A stretch of DNA of 64,000 nt from NCBI GenBank assembly GCA_017555825.1, contig JAFZFQ010000022.1, positions 7,174 through 71,173 on the forward strand, read 5' to 3'. Origin of the DNA: Bacteroidaceae bacterium (lineage in GTDB: Bacteria; Bacteroidota; Bacteroidia; Bacteroidales; Barnesiellaceae_A). Within the stretch, counting starts at the first letter, position 1; the number at the start of each line of letters is the position of its first letter. Made by a program: the position numbers and the translations under genes. Below the pieces are notes generated by a model that made no database searches, had not been told where the DNA came from, and saw nothing but the letters and a program-made list of their open reading frames with translations. Below are positions 47,519 through 56,354 of the stretch, piece after piece.

Positions 47519-47568
47519 TTTCTTTTCTTAATTAAGATAAACAATAACTTGTAGTTTCAAAAACGGCA

Positions 47569-47576
47569 CAAAGGTA
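47569..47576 (-). promoter_or_regulatory. -7 promoter box TAccTTTG (small Cys-rich lipoprotein gene)
   Basis: Exact TAnnTTTG on the minus strand, about 51 nt upstream of the ATG at 47518. Confidence 0.5.
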
Positions 47577-47608
47577 GATATAATTTTTTGAAAAGTTGCA
47601 AGGATTTA

Positions 47609-47660
47609 AGGTTTTTTTAGAGATGAAGCCTTAAATCCTTGCGTTTTTACCCTTGATTTA
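47609..47660 (-). terminator. Long hairpin downstream of the acyl-CoA ligase gene
   Basis: 14-bp perfect stem gcaaggatttaagg/ccttaaatccttgc with a 17-nt loop. T-rich sequence lies on both sides. Confidence 0.55.
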
Positions 47661-47664
47661 TCTT

Positions 47665-49326
47665 TTAATTGGTGTACAAATATCGCTTGATGCTACGTTT
47701 GGGAGTCTTTTCAAACTCATTGGCATGCAATTGAATCTTGGCTATTTGCTCGTATGGAGCCACGATTTTGTTCAATTCTTTGCGGTGTTCTTCCATGATT
47801 TGAGGCAAATCATCGCTACTTATACCGTCGGTATCCATTGTTTCAAAGTCGGGGAATACAAGAGCGTTGAGTCGGCCGTCGCGTTCAACGACAAGGCTTT
47901 CCATTACGTAAGGAAGATTGTTGAGTTTTGCCTCAATCTCTTCAGGGTAGATGTTTTGACCATTCGCACCAAGAAGCATGGTTTTGCAACGACCTTTGAT
48001 AGAGATAGTGCCATCGGGCGCTATTGTACCGAGGTCGCCTGTGTGCAACCAACCATCTTTGTCGAGTACGGCATTTGTTGCTTCTTCGTTTTTGTAGTAG
48101 CCTTGCATTACGTGTTCGCCACGTACGCATATTTCGCCTACTTCGCTGTCGGGGTTGCTTTTCTCTATCTTGGTTTCGACATAACCAAAGAGAGTGCGAC
48201 CCGATGAGCTTGATTGGAACTCGCGGTGGGGTGTGTAGCTGATAAGGGGGCCACACTCGGTCATGCCATATCCTACTGTAAAGGGGAACTTGATTTTCTT
48301 CAAGAAAGCCTCAACTTCGCCATTGAGGGGAGCACCACCGATGATTACCTCTTCAAACTCTCCTCCGAAAGCCTCGATGAGTTGGTTGCGTATCTTGGCA
48401 TAGATTTGGTCATTGAGTAGAGGGATGTTCAATGCAAAGCGCATTGCACCCTTGCTGATGAGAGGTTGTATCTGCTTGCGATATATTTTCTCAAGAATGA
48501 GGGGTACACATATAATAAGATTGGGTTTGACCTCGGCAAGTGCTTTGAGCAAAATCTTGGGCGAGGGAACGCGACCCAACAAAGTGATGTGTGAACCCGT
48601 AGCCAAGGGGGTGAGGAAGTCGAATGCGCATCCGTAGGCGTGTGCCAAGGGAAGGAACGAAAGTGCACGACTACCTTTGTAGTGGAGGTGTGAGCGGATG
48701 CCAAAGAGTACGTTGCCTGCCAAGTTGTTGCCCGAGAGCATTACACCCTTGCTGAAACCGGTTGTTCCCGATGTGTAGTTGATAAGGGCCAACTCTTCGT
48801 TGCCGTTTTGTGCATAAACCACATCTTCACGAGAGAAGCCGTTGGGGTATTTCTCGGCAAACAAGTCATTGAGCGAGGCCATAAGTTGCTCGATGTTCTC
48901 ATCTTCTTGTTGTGCCAATACCTTGAAATTGTCAATAGAAATAGCTGCACGAATGTTGGGGAGTCTTTCCAATTCGAGGTGTTCCCATATTTGGTTGCTT
49001 GAGAAGCATAACTTGGAATCGGAGTGGTTGAGGATATGGTGCATATCGTGCGGGTTGAATTCTTGAAGAATGGGCACGAGGATTGCTCCATAGGTAATAA
49101 CACCGATAAATACAGTACACCATTGAGGTGTGTTCTTGCCTACCAATGCAATTTTATCGCCATGTTTGATGCCACACTCCTTAAATAGAATGTGCAATTT
49201 GGCTATTTCTGCTGCGAGGTCTTTATAAGTCAATGTGTGTTTTGTGCTGTAGTCGGTGAGGGCGGGTAGCTCCCAGTTTTCGCGAAATCCGTCCTGATAA
49301 ATCTGAATGAATCTTTGTTCTATCAT
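47665..49326 (-). CDS. AMP-dependent synthetase/ligase (long-chain fatty acid-CoA ligase-like)
   Basis: 553 aa; AMP-binding motif YTSGTTGFSKGVM, then TVGYGMTE, GWLHTGDLG, and a C-terminal KRSIKR-type lysine region. Confidence 0.87.
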   Translation of the reverse strand: MIEQRFIQIYQDGFRENWELPALTDYSTKHTLTYKDLAAEIAKLHILFKECGIKHGDKIALVGKNTPQWCTVFIGVITYGAILVPILQEFNPHDMHHILNHSDSKLCFSSNQIWEHLELERLPNIRAAISIDNFKVLAQQEDENIEQLMASLNDLFAEKYPNGFSREDVVYAQNGNEELALINYTSGTTGFSKGVMLSGNNLAGNVLFGIRSHLHYKGSRALSFLPLAHAYGCAFDFLTPLATGSHITLLGRVPSPKILLKALAEVKPNLIICVPLILEKIYRKQIQPLISKGAMRFALNIPLLNDQIYAKIRNQLIEAFGGEFEEVIIGGAPLNGEVEAFLKKIKFPFTVGYGMTECGPLISYTPHREFQSSSSGRTLFGYVETKIEKSNPDSEVGEICVRGEHVMQGYYKNEEATNAVLDKDGWLHTGDLGTIAPDGTISIKGRCKTMLLGANGQNIYPEEIEAKLNNLPYVMESLVVERDGRLNALVFPDFETMDTDGISSDDLPQIMEEHRKELNKIVAPYEQIAKIQLHANEFEKTPKRSIKRYLYTN

Positions 49327-49361
49327 AATGTATGTAATGTTAGTTTAGCGTAATTCTACCG

Positions 49362-49369
49362 CAAAAGTA
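49362..49369 (-). promoter_or_regulatory. -7 promoter box TActTTTG (acyl-CoA ligase gene)
   Basis: Exact TAnnTTTG on the minus strand, 36 nt upstream of the ATG at 49326. Confidence 0.45.
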
Positions 49370-49444
49370 ACTCATTGCAGTGTGAATAATAGTTTATTTT
49401 ATCGCAAACTTAGTGAATTTCTACCGATTTTGGCACAAAATAGC

Positions 49445-49452
49445 TAACTTTG
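49445..49452 (+). promoter_or_regulatory. -7 promoter box TAacTTTG (mtaB operon)
   Basis: Exact TAnnTTTG, 21 nt upstream of the ATG at 49473. Confidence 0.45.
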
Positions 49453-49472
49453 GGCAAAATTTTTTGCGAAAA

Positions 49473-50792
49473 ATGATAGACACCTCTGTATTCCAAGATA
49501 AAACGGCTGTTTTTTATACGCTGGGATGTAAGTTGAATTTTGCCGAGACATCAACACTCGGGCAACTTCTTGCCGAGCAGGGTATAAGAAAAGCACGTGC
49601 CGGCGAGAGTGCCGATTTGTGTGTTGTAAACACTTGTTCGGTTACAGAATTAGCCGATAAAAAGTGCCGTCAAGCTATCCGTCGCATAGCGCGCAAGCAC
49701 CCCAATGCCTTTATGGTAGTAACCGGATGTTATGCTCAGTTGAAGCCACAGGATATTGCCGATATGCCAGAGGTGGACCTTGTGTTGGGTGCCGAGCAAA
49801 AATTGGAAATTCTGAATTATCTGCCCAATCTTGCCAAACGTGAGCGTGGAGAGGTGGTGGTTACTCCTCACAAAGATATACGCCGCTTTGGTGCTTCATG
49901 TTCGCGAGGCGACCGCACACGTTACTTCCTCAAGGTGCAAGATGGTTGCGACCACTATTGTACCTATTGTACCATTCCTTTTGCGCGCGGTCGTAGCCGC
50001 AGTGGTACTGTAGCGCAGATGGTAGAGCAAGCGCGCGAAGTTGCTGCTGCGGGAGGCAAGGAAATTGTAATCACAGGTGTGAATATTGGCGACTTTGGCA
50101 AGCATACCGATGAGAATTTCTACGATCTCATACGTGCGCTTGACGAGGTTGAAGGCATAGAGCGCTACCGCATTTCGTCGATAGAACCGGAGTTGCTTAC
50201 CGATGAGATGATTGATTTTGTGTCGCAGTCAAAGCGTTTCTGTCGACACTTCCACATACCCTTGCAGTCGGGTAGTGACGAGGTGCTGAAACTCATGCGC
50301 CGTCACTACGATACAGCTCTCTTTGCTCATAAAGTAAAGAAGATAAAAGAGGTAATGCCCGATGCCTTTATAGGTGTGGATGTCATTGCCGGCATGCGTG
50401 GCGAGACTCCCGAGCTATTTGAGGAGGCATATCGTTTTATCGAATCGTTGGATGTGTCGCAGCTGCATGTCTTTACTTATTCGGAGCGTCCCAATACCAA
50501 GGCCTTGGCAATAGAGCCGGTAGTGGATGTGCGCGAGCGCCACGAGCGTTGCAATAAGCTCATCGAGTTGTCCGATGTCAAGTTGCGTGCATTCTACAAG
50601 AGCTATCAAGGTACCGAGCGTACAGTGCTCTTTGAACAACCTGCCAAGGGCATGCCTATGCACGGCTTTACCGATAATTATATACGTGTAGAGATGCCCT
50701 ACGACCGTGAGGCTATCAACAAAGTGTGCCGAGTGCGACTTGGTGAGATGAATGAGGCCGGTGATGCGCTCTTGGCCAATAATATAGAGTAG
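49473..50792 (+). CDS. mtaB: tRNA methylthiotransferase, MiaB-like (MtaB type), radical SAM
   Basis: Start at MIDTSVFQDKTAVFYTLGCKLNF. N-terminal UPF0004 Cys pattern, radical-SAM CDHYCTYC, and a C-terminal TRAM-like end. Confidence 0.87.
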   Translation: MIDTSVFQDKTAVFYTLGCKLNFAETSTLGQLLAEQGIRKARAGESADLCVVNTCSVTELADKKCRQAIRRIARKHPNAFMVVTGCYAQLKPQDIADMPEVDLVLGAEQKLEILNYLPNLAKRERGEVVVTPHKDIRRFGASCSRGDRTRYFLKVQDGCDHYCTYCTIPFARGRSRSGTVAQMVEQAREVAAAGGKEIVITGVNIGDFGKHTDENFYDLIRALDEVEGIERYRISSIEPELLTDEMIDFVSQSKRFCRHFHIPLQSGSDEVLKLMRRHYDTALFAHKVKKIKEVMPDAFIGVDVIAGMRGETPELFEEAYRFIESLDVSQLHVFTYSERPNTKALAIEPVVDVRERHERCNKLIELSDVKLRAFYKSYQGTERTVLFEQPAKGMPMHGFTDNYIRVEMPYDREAINKVCRVRLGEMNEAGDALLANNIE

Positions 50793-50793
50793 T

Positions 50794-51705
50794 ATGAGCA
50801 AGCGTAGTCGCGATATATTGTACTTTCCGCTATATGCCATTTTCTGTGTGCTTTCGTGGCTACCTCTGTCGGCGCTGTATGTATTGTCGCGTCTATTATA
50901 TTATATAGTATATTATGTGGTGAGGTATAGGCGCAAGATTACTCGCGACAATATCTCGAAGGCCTTCCCCGAGAAGAGCGAACAGGAGTTGTTGCAGATA
51001 GAGCGCGATTTCTATCGCTATTTTACCGATTATGTAGTAGAGACTGTCAAGCTCTTGCACATCAGTGATGCCGAGATGCGTCGTCGTATGGAGTTTGTCG
51101 ATACCGAAGTAGTAGACCGTTTTACACGCGAGGGTCGTTCGGTAATGTTACTCTTGGGTCACTATGGTAATTGGGAGTGGATACCCTCGTTGACTCGTTG
51201 GTGTGCTATGAGCGACACGCTGGTGAGCGGACAGATTTATAATCCACTACACAATGCCTGGTTCAATGACTTTTTCTTACGATTGCGCAGTCGATTTGGA
51301 ACGATAAGTATTGCCAAGAAAAACACCTTGCGCGAGCTACTGCAACATCGCCGTGATGGAAAGGCTTCGCTTATAGGCTTTATTTCGGATCAAAGCCCCG
51401 ATCGCCACAGTGTGCGCTATATTACTACCTTCATGGGGCGCGAAACCGCTGCCATTACGGGCTATGAAACTGTAGCCAAGAAGTTGGACATGGCTGTGGT
51501 GTATGTAGATGTGGAGATAGTAAAACGTGGATATTATAGAGCCACATTCAAGTTGTTGGAAGAAAATCCTGCCGGCTGTGCCGAGTATGATATAGTAGAC
51601 CGCTATATGCAGGCATTGGAGAGCACTATACGCCGTGCTCCACATGCTTGGTTGTGGTCGCACCGCCGATGGAAATATGGACGCAAACACATCAATAACG
51701 CATGA
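50794..51705 (+). CDS. Lysophospholipid / lipid A biosynthesis (LpxL/HtrB-like) acyltransferase
   Basis: 303 aa; N-terminal TM, and HYGNWEW (the HX4D-family region of lauroyl/myristoyl acyltransferases). Confidence 0.78.
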   Translation: MSKRSRDILYFPLYAIFCVLSWLPLSALYVLSRLLYYIVYYVVRYRRKITRDNISKAFPEKSEQELLQIERDFYRYFTDYVVETVKLLHISDAEMRRRMEFVDTEVVDRFTREGRSVMLLLGHYGNWEWIPSLTRWCAMSDTLVSGQIYNPLHNAWFNDFFLRLRSRFGTISIAKKNTLRELLQHRRDGKASLIGFISDQSPDRHSVRYITTFMGRETAAITGYETVAKKLDMAVVYVDVEIVKRGYYRATFKLLEENPAGCAEYDIVDRYMQALESTIRRAPHAWLWSHRRWKYGRKHINNA

Positions 51706-52712
51706 AACCGATTGCTGTAGTCATTCTCAACTGGAACGGAGCTTCGCTGCTTCGAGAGTATCTCCCCACGGTGTGTCGCAATACACCAGCCTCCTTGGCC
51801 GACATTATTGTGGCCGATAATGGCTCTACCGACAACTCGGTAGAGGTCTTGCAACAGGATTTTCCCGCGGTGAACACCATTCTTTTTGCCGAGAATTATG
51901 GCTTTGCCGAGGGCTATAATAGAGCTATAGAGCAACTTGCCGACTATCGCTATATTGTATTGCTCAACTCGGATGTTGCTGTGGCTGATGGGTGGTTGCA
52001 ACCTCTCTATGACTATGCCGAGTTGCACGACGACGTGGCGGCAATGCAACCCAAGATACGAGCCTATCGCGACAAAGAGTCGTTTGAGTATGCCGGTGCA
52101 GCCGGAGGCTATCTCGATTGTAATGGTTTTCCCTATTGTCGTGGACGCATATTTGATACTGTAGAACGTGACAACGGACAGTATGACGATGTGTGCGAGG
52201 TGGCGTGGGCCTCGGGTGCGGCTTTGTTTGTGCGCACCGATCTTTATCGCAAGGCCGGCGGACTTGATGCAAAGTTTTTTGCCCACATGGAGGAGATTGA
52301 CTTGTGTTGGCGATTGCGCTTGATGGGCTATCGTATCATGGCTGTTCCGCAAGGTGTTGTTTATCATTATGGAGGAGCGTCGCTCGATAGTGCCAGCCCC
52401 CGTAAGTTGTATCTCAACTACCGCAACAACTTGCTCATGATGTATAAGAATCTTCCTGCCGACATTCGTGCATGGCGCATCTTCCGTCGCATGTTGTACG
52501 ATGGCGTTTCGGCGTTGAAATATTTAGTGTCGGGACAATTTTCTTATGTAAAAGCTGTGTGGGATGCGCACTTCGACTATCGCAAGATGAAGGGGCAATA
52601 TCATACTCGTCCTGCCGAAAACCGTCTCAATGACCTGCCACAGGGTCGAGTAAATATCATTCTCGATTATTTCTTGCTTGGAAAAAAACGCTATACCGAT
52701 GTGATGAAATAA
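51702..52712 (+). CDS. Family 2 glycosyltransferase
   Basis: 336 aa; VVILNWNG...IVADNGSTDNS...LNSD (DxD context); GT2 fold pattern. 4-nt overlap with the upstream gene. Confidence 0.87.
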   Translation: MKPIAVVILNWNGASLLREYLPTVCRNTPASLADIIVADNGSTDNSVEVLQQDFPAVNTILFAENYGFAEGYNRAIEQLADYRYIVLLNSDVAVADGWLQPLYDYAELHDDVAAMQPKIRAYRDKESFEYAGAAGGYLDCNGFPYCRGRIFDTVERDNGQYDDVCEVAWASGAALFVRTDLYRKAGGLDAKFFAHMEEIDLCWRLRLMGYRIMAVPQGVVYHYGGASLDSASPRKLYLNYRNNLLMMYKNLPADIRAWRIFRRMLYDGVSALKYLVSGQFSYVKAVWDAHFDYRKMKGQYHTRPAENRLNDLPQGRVNIILDYFLLGKKRYTDVMK

Positions 52713-52741
52713 AACAAGGACGTTTCACATCGTATATGAGG

Positions 52742-54451
52742 TTATTTCTTACCGCCGATAAAATCTAACAAGTCGGGGTGCTGCATGCGCGTGTAGGTTT
52801 CACTATCGACATATACATTGGCATTGTCGGGTATGTGTACGCGGTGCAGGGTAGTATCGCTCTCTAAATCGCTTTCAACCACCTCATATTTTATCTCTCT
52901 TTCTTGCAATTTATACTCGAACGAGGGTGATTCTATAAGATGATATACCATTACTGTAGAGCCGGGAGTGATGGCGTCAAACAATCCTCTCATACGTTGC
53001 GTATAGGCTCCACCGGCTACTATCGTAGTAGCACAGCAAAGCAGTTGTGTGGCTACGAGCAGGGTGTATAGCACTGTGCGTAGTGTGCGCATAGGTGTAG
53101 ATAAGCTGTTGTTGTGCTCGGTGTAGAGTAGTAGGATGACGGGTACTGCCCATAGGAATGGTATATATCGCATCCACCAGCTTTGCTCGAAGATGAAGCA
53201 TGCGCCTATCAGTAGCATAGATATGCCGGCGAATGTAGATGCTTGCGCCTTGTTGAGGGTGTGAGATTGTCTCTCTTTTGCTATGCAATAGGCTGCGAAT
53301 AGCATAGAGGCAAATAGTACATACCCAAAGAATGGGCCCAAGCCGGCAATGCGGGCTTCGTGTGAAACATAGTAGTCGTGTAGCGAATCGCCGATGATGG
53401 GTATCCACAGCCCTGTGCCTTGTGCGTTGTAAAAAAGCGAGCGAAACCAATTGCTGAAGCGATTGCCGTTGAGGTATATATCGGGGGTATTGTCGCTCAT
53501 TATATCAATGTCGCCACCTATGAGGGGGTAGAATGGGTTGCCCCAGCCGATAGTATTGGTTGCATAGGGGTGGTAGCCCAATATGCCAAATGCGACAACA
53601 AACAAGGCTATAGATAGTGCTGTCATGCGATAACTCAGCATGTGTCGGCCTTTTACAAAGCACCATATTATGCCTACGCCTATTGTAAGAAAAATGTAGA
53701 ACGCAGCGGTAAACTTGGTGGATGTGCCATATAGAGCCGATATGATGAGTATGCACCACGACAGAGGGTTGTTGTGGCGGTAGATGCTTATGAGCGATAT
53801 GGCTACAAGCAGCATGAATGAGTATAAGGCAAAGTCGGTATAATAAATGTAGGCTTGACGTATTACAACAGGGCACAGTGTGAGTAGTATTGTGTGTAGC
53901 AGAGTGCGACGAGACGTAAGCGTGTAGAACTCGCGTCGCAAGAAGCTGTAGGTGACAAAAATAGAACCCTGTATGATGAGTATATTGACGGCCTTTCCAC
54001 ACTCAATGCGGTTGAAGCATTGTGTGATGGTTGCAGCGGCTATTTCTAAGCCCTTGGCATAGTGTCGGCTCCACAATGAGCTGAAATCTTGTGGGTTGTA
54101 TATAGGGTTGCATCCCATTATCATGTCTACAATTCCTCCCTGATGATAGGTGTTGCCATCGAAGCTGTTGTCGTGAAGCAGTGTGGCCGACAACAAGGCA
54201 AATGCAAGGGATATTACTGTATAGAGATAGTAGCGCAACAGTGACCCCGCGGCATTGATATATCTTGTGACGAGAGCATGACCTATGGTAAAAGAGAGGA
54301 TTGCAGCCGCAGGAAACATCCACGTGCCCAAGCCTCCTCCCATAAAGAAGGATGTCGTGGCTATGAGAAGCGAAAGAAAGGGTATAAACAACAAGGTTAC
54401 TCCCCATATTTCAATTTCGCTCGCTGTGGGTCGTAGGCACTTGATGTTCAT
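52742..54451 (-). CDS. Uncharacterised polytopic membrane protein with C-terminal soluble domain (GT-C-like topology)
   Basis: 569 aa. About 12-13 hydrophobic segments, then a soluble tail of roughly 100 aa. No family recognised. The start overlaps the rnhB stop (ATGA). Confidence 0.6.
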   Translation of the reverse strand: MNIKCLRPTASEIEIWGVTLLFIPFLSLLIATTSFFMGGGLGTWMFPAAAILSFTIGHALVTRYINAAGSLLRYYLYTVISLAFALLSATLLHDNSFDGNTYHQGGIVDMIMGCNPIYNPQDFSSLWSRHYAKGLEIAAATITQCFNRIECGKAVNILIIQGSIFVTYSFLRREFYTLTSRRTLLHTILLTLCPVVIRQAYIYYTDFALYSFMLLVAISLISIYRHNNPLSWCILIISALYGTSTKFTAAFYIFLTIGVGIIWCFVKGRHMLSYRMTALSIALFVVAFGILGYHPYATNTIGWGNPFYPLIGGDIDIMSDNTPDIYLNGNRFSNWFRSLFYNAQGTGLWIPIIGDSLHDYYVSHEARIAGLGPFFGYVLFASMLFAAYCIAKERQSHTLNKAQASTFAGISMLLIGACFIFEQSWWMRYIPFLWAVPVILLLYTEHNNSLSTPMRTLRTVLYTLLVATQLLCCATTIVAGGAYTQRMRGLFDAITPGSTVMVYHLIESPSFEYKLQEREIKYEVVESDLESDTTLHRVHIPDNANVYVDSETYTRMQHPDLLDFIGGKK

Positions 54452-55047
54452 TCAAAAAGCTTGAGTTGTGGGTCGGTGAGGCGGAATGATTGTCTGTGAA
54501 ATGGTGTTACACCGTATCGTGCTATGGCATCGCGGTGTTCTTGTGTAGGGTAGCCTTTGTTTCTATCCCATCCGTAATGAGGGTATTGCTCGTGCAATTG
54601 CATCATGTAGTCGTCGCGGTAGGTCTTGGCCAATATCGATGCTGCTGCGATAGAGAGAAATTTTCCATCGCCTTTTACCACGCAGGTGTGGGGTATGCCA
54701 TTGTAGGGCTTGAAGCGGTTGCCGTCGATGAGTAGGTGTTGTGGCACTTGTGACAATTGCTCTACAGCGCGGTGCATAGCCAATATCGATGCGTTGAGAA
54801 TATTTATCTTATCAATTTCTTGAGGTGTGACAATGCCCACAGCCCAGGCAATAGCGTCTTGTTCGATAATGGGGCGCAAGGTGTAGCGTTGTTTTTCGCT
54901 GAGTTGTTTTGAGTCGTTCAGTAGCGGATGATGATAGTCTTGAGGAAGAATTACGGCAGCAGCAAAGACTGCTCCCGACAAGCAACCTCGACCCGCTTCG
55001 TCGCAACCCGCTTCGATGCGACCACTCTCCATGTAGGGCAACAACAT
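54448..55047 (-). CDS. rnhB: Ribonuclease HII
   Basis: Start taken at [32 protein letters not shown] (the DEAGRG catalytic motif). About 199 aa, the typical length. Confidence 0.92.
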   Translation of the reverse strand: MLLPYMESGRIEAGCDEAGRGCLSGAVFAAAVILPQDYHHPLLNDSKQLSEKQRYTLRPIIEQDAIAWAVGIVTPQEIDKINILNASILAMHRAVEQLSQVPQHLLIDGNRFKPYNGIPHTCVVKGDGKFLSIAAASILAKTYRDDYMMQLHEQYPHYGWDRNKGYPTQEHRDAIARYGVTPFHRQSFRLTDPQLKLFE

Positions 55048-55239
55048 ATCGATGCTTTTTTGTGGTGTGACACAGAACAATTCTGTGCATGGGTTGTTAT
55101 ATGGGTAAATGAGTCTTTGTAAAACAAATTCTCGATTCAACCCCGAATAGAATTGTTTGTTATTCCTAAGTTATAGTTTGCTATTTGTTTGATTTAAGAG
55201 AAGATAAGAGCACGTCGTGAGATGTGCTCTTATTTTATG

Positions 55240-56310
55240 TTATTCGGTAATAACGCCCATTTGCAAGATGCCGCCTGTTGTGGGGTCGAATACCACAAAA
55301 GTGGGTTGCTTCTTGTGTGTGAGCAAGGCGGGATCCAATCCAAATACTACACCTAACTGGGCAACGCTAAGCTCCTTTTGGGCCAATCTCTCTGAGTTGA
55401 ATTGCAAGGTCATCTGAGCCTTGCCGGGTATGTTGTATGCCAAAGCTCCCTTGGGTACTTTCTTGATAACGCCCTTGTTGTCGAGAGGGTATTCGCCACG
55501 CTCGGTGATAGCAACCGAAAGGTATATGGGAGCACCGCACAGGTTATTTGCATCAACAAAACCTAAGTGTTCGGAGAAGCGCAAGAGGACCAAGTTGTTT
55601 ACATCTTCATCGGGAGTATATTTGATGCGTTTGGTTACATACTCTACCGAGGTTGTACCTCTAAACATTGACGAGAGAGCTTGCTCCTGTTGGTCGAGTT
55701 GCTCGATGATGATGCGCAGGGACTCGCCATCGGCGGGCATATTGTCGGCCTCACCGGTGAGTATATCCATGCGACTCTCGCGTATGCGGTAGATTTGTTT
55801 GGCTGCCATCTCGGCCATGCGGGTTACAGAGCCCGACATGAGTATGTCGCCCGATAAAGCTTTTGAGTAGTCTATATCACAGATATTGTTGGGGGTTACA
55901 GCCGGGAATGTGTCGGCCACATGTGTCTCAGGAGTGATATTGGCGCTGAGTATGGTTTGCTCGGGGCTCACGTAGATGTAGGGCGTTTGTCCGGCCTTGA
56001 ATGTGAGCTGGTAGCGAGCCTCGGTATTGGCTTCGCTGCGTACTACGATTGTGGCTCCTTCGAGTTTCCAAGTCTCGGTATTCTCGGTGATAACATCGGT
56101 TATGCCCAAGTATTTGCGGGCATATTGGTAGTATTGGCCAGCCTTGCGAGTAGTTTTTGAGGCTACAAATTCTATCTCGGTAGTGGTCTTAGGCAAGTAG
56201 TAGTTGAGTGCGTAGTCATTGAACTTCTCGGGTTGAAGTTGTACTACATCTTGTGCAGTGGCAATGAGTGCCATGCTTATAATGAGTGTTGTAAGTATGC
56301 TTTGTCTCAT
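55240..56310 (-). CDS. Uncharacterised secreted protein
   Basis: Start at MRQSILTTLIISMALIATAQD (signal peptide); about 356 aa. It may belong to a Bacteroidetes-only DUF family, but I cannot confirm that by eye. Confidence 0.55.
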   Translation of the reverse strand: MRQSILTTLIISMALIATAQDVVQLQPEKFNDYALNYYLPKTTTEIEFVASKTTRKAGQYYQYARKYLGITDVITENTETWKLEGATIVVRSEANTEARYQLTFKAGQTPYIYVSPEQTILSANITPETHVADTFPAVTPNNICDIDYSKALSGDILMSGSVTRMAEMAAKQIYRIRESRMDILTGEADNMPADGESLRIIIEQLDQQEQALSSMFRGTTSVEYVTKRIKYTPDEDVNNLVLLRFSEHLGFVDANNLCGAPIYLSVAITERGEYPLDNKGVIKKVPKGALAYNIPGKAQMTLQFNSERLAQKELSVAQLGVVFGLDPALLTHKKQPTFVVFDPTTGGILQMGVITE

Positions 56311-56354
56311 GTTGCTGTGTGTTTGAGAGTTTGACATCCCAATTTTGCAAAAGT

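Noticed and set aside
47313-47531. A 72-aa plus-strand ORF (Ser/Thr/Gln-rich) overlapping the small Cys-rich lipoprotein gene.
   Set aside because: The minus-strand frame has a canonical signal peptide and lipobox, a correctly placed TAccTTTG box and a downstream terminator. The plus-strand frame has none of these and starts with GTG. Only comparative or expression data can settle this definitively.
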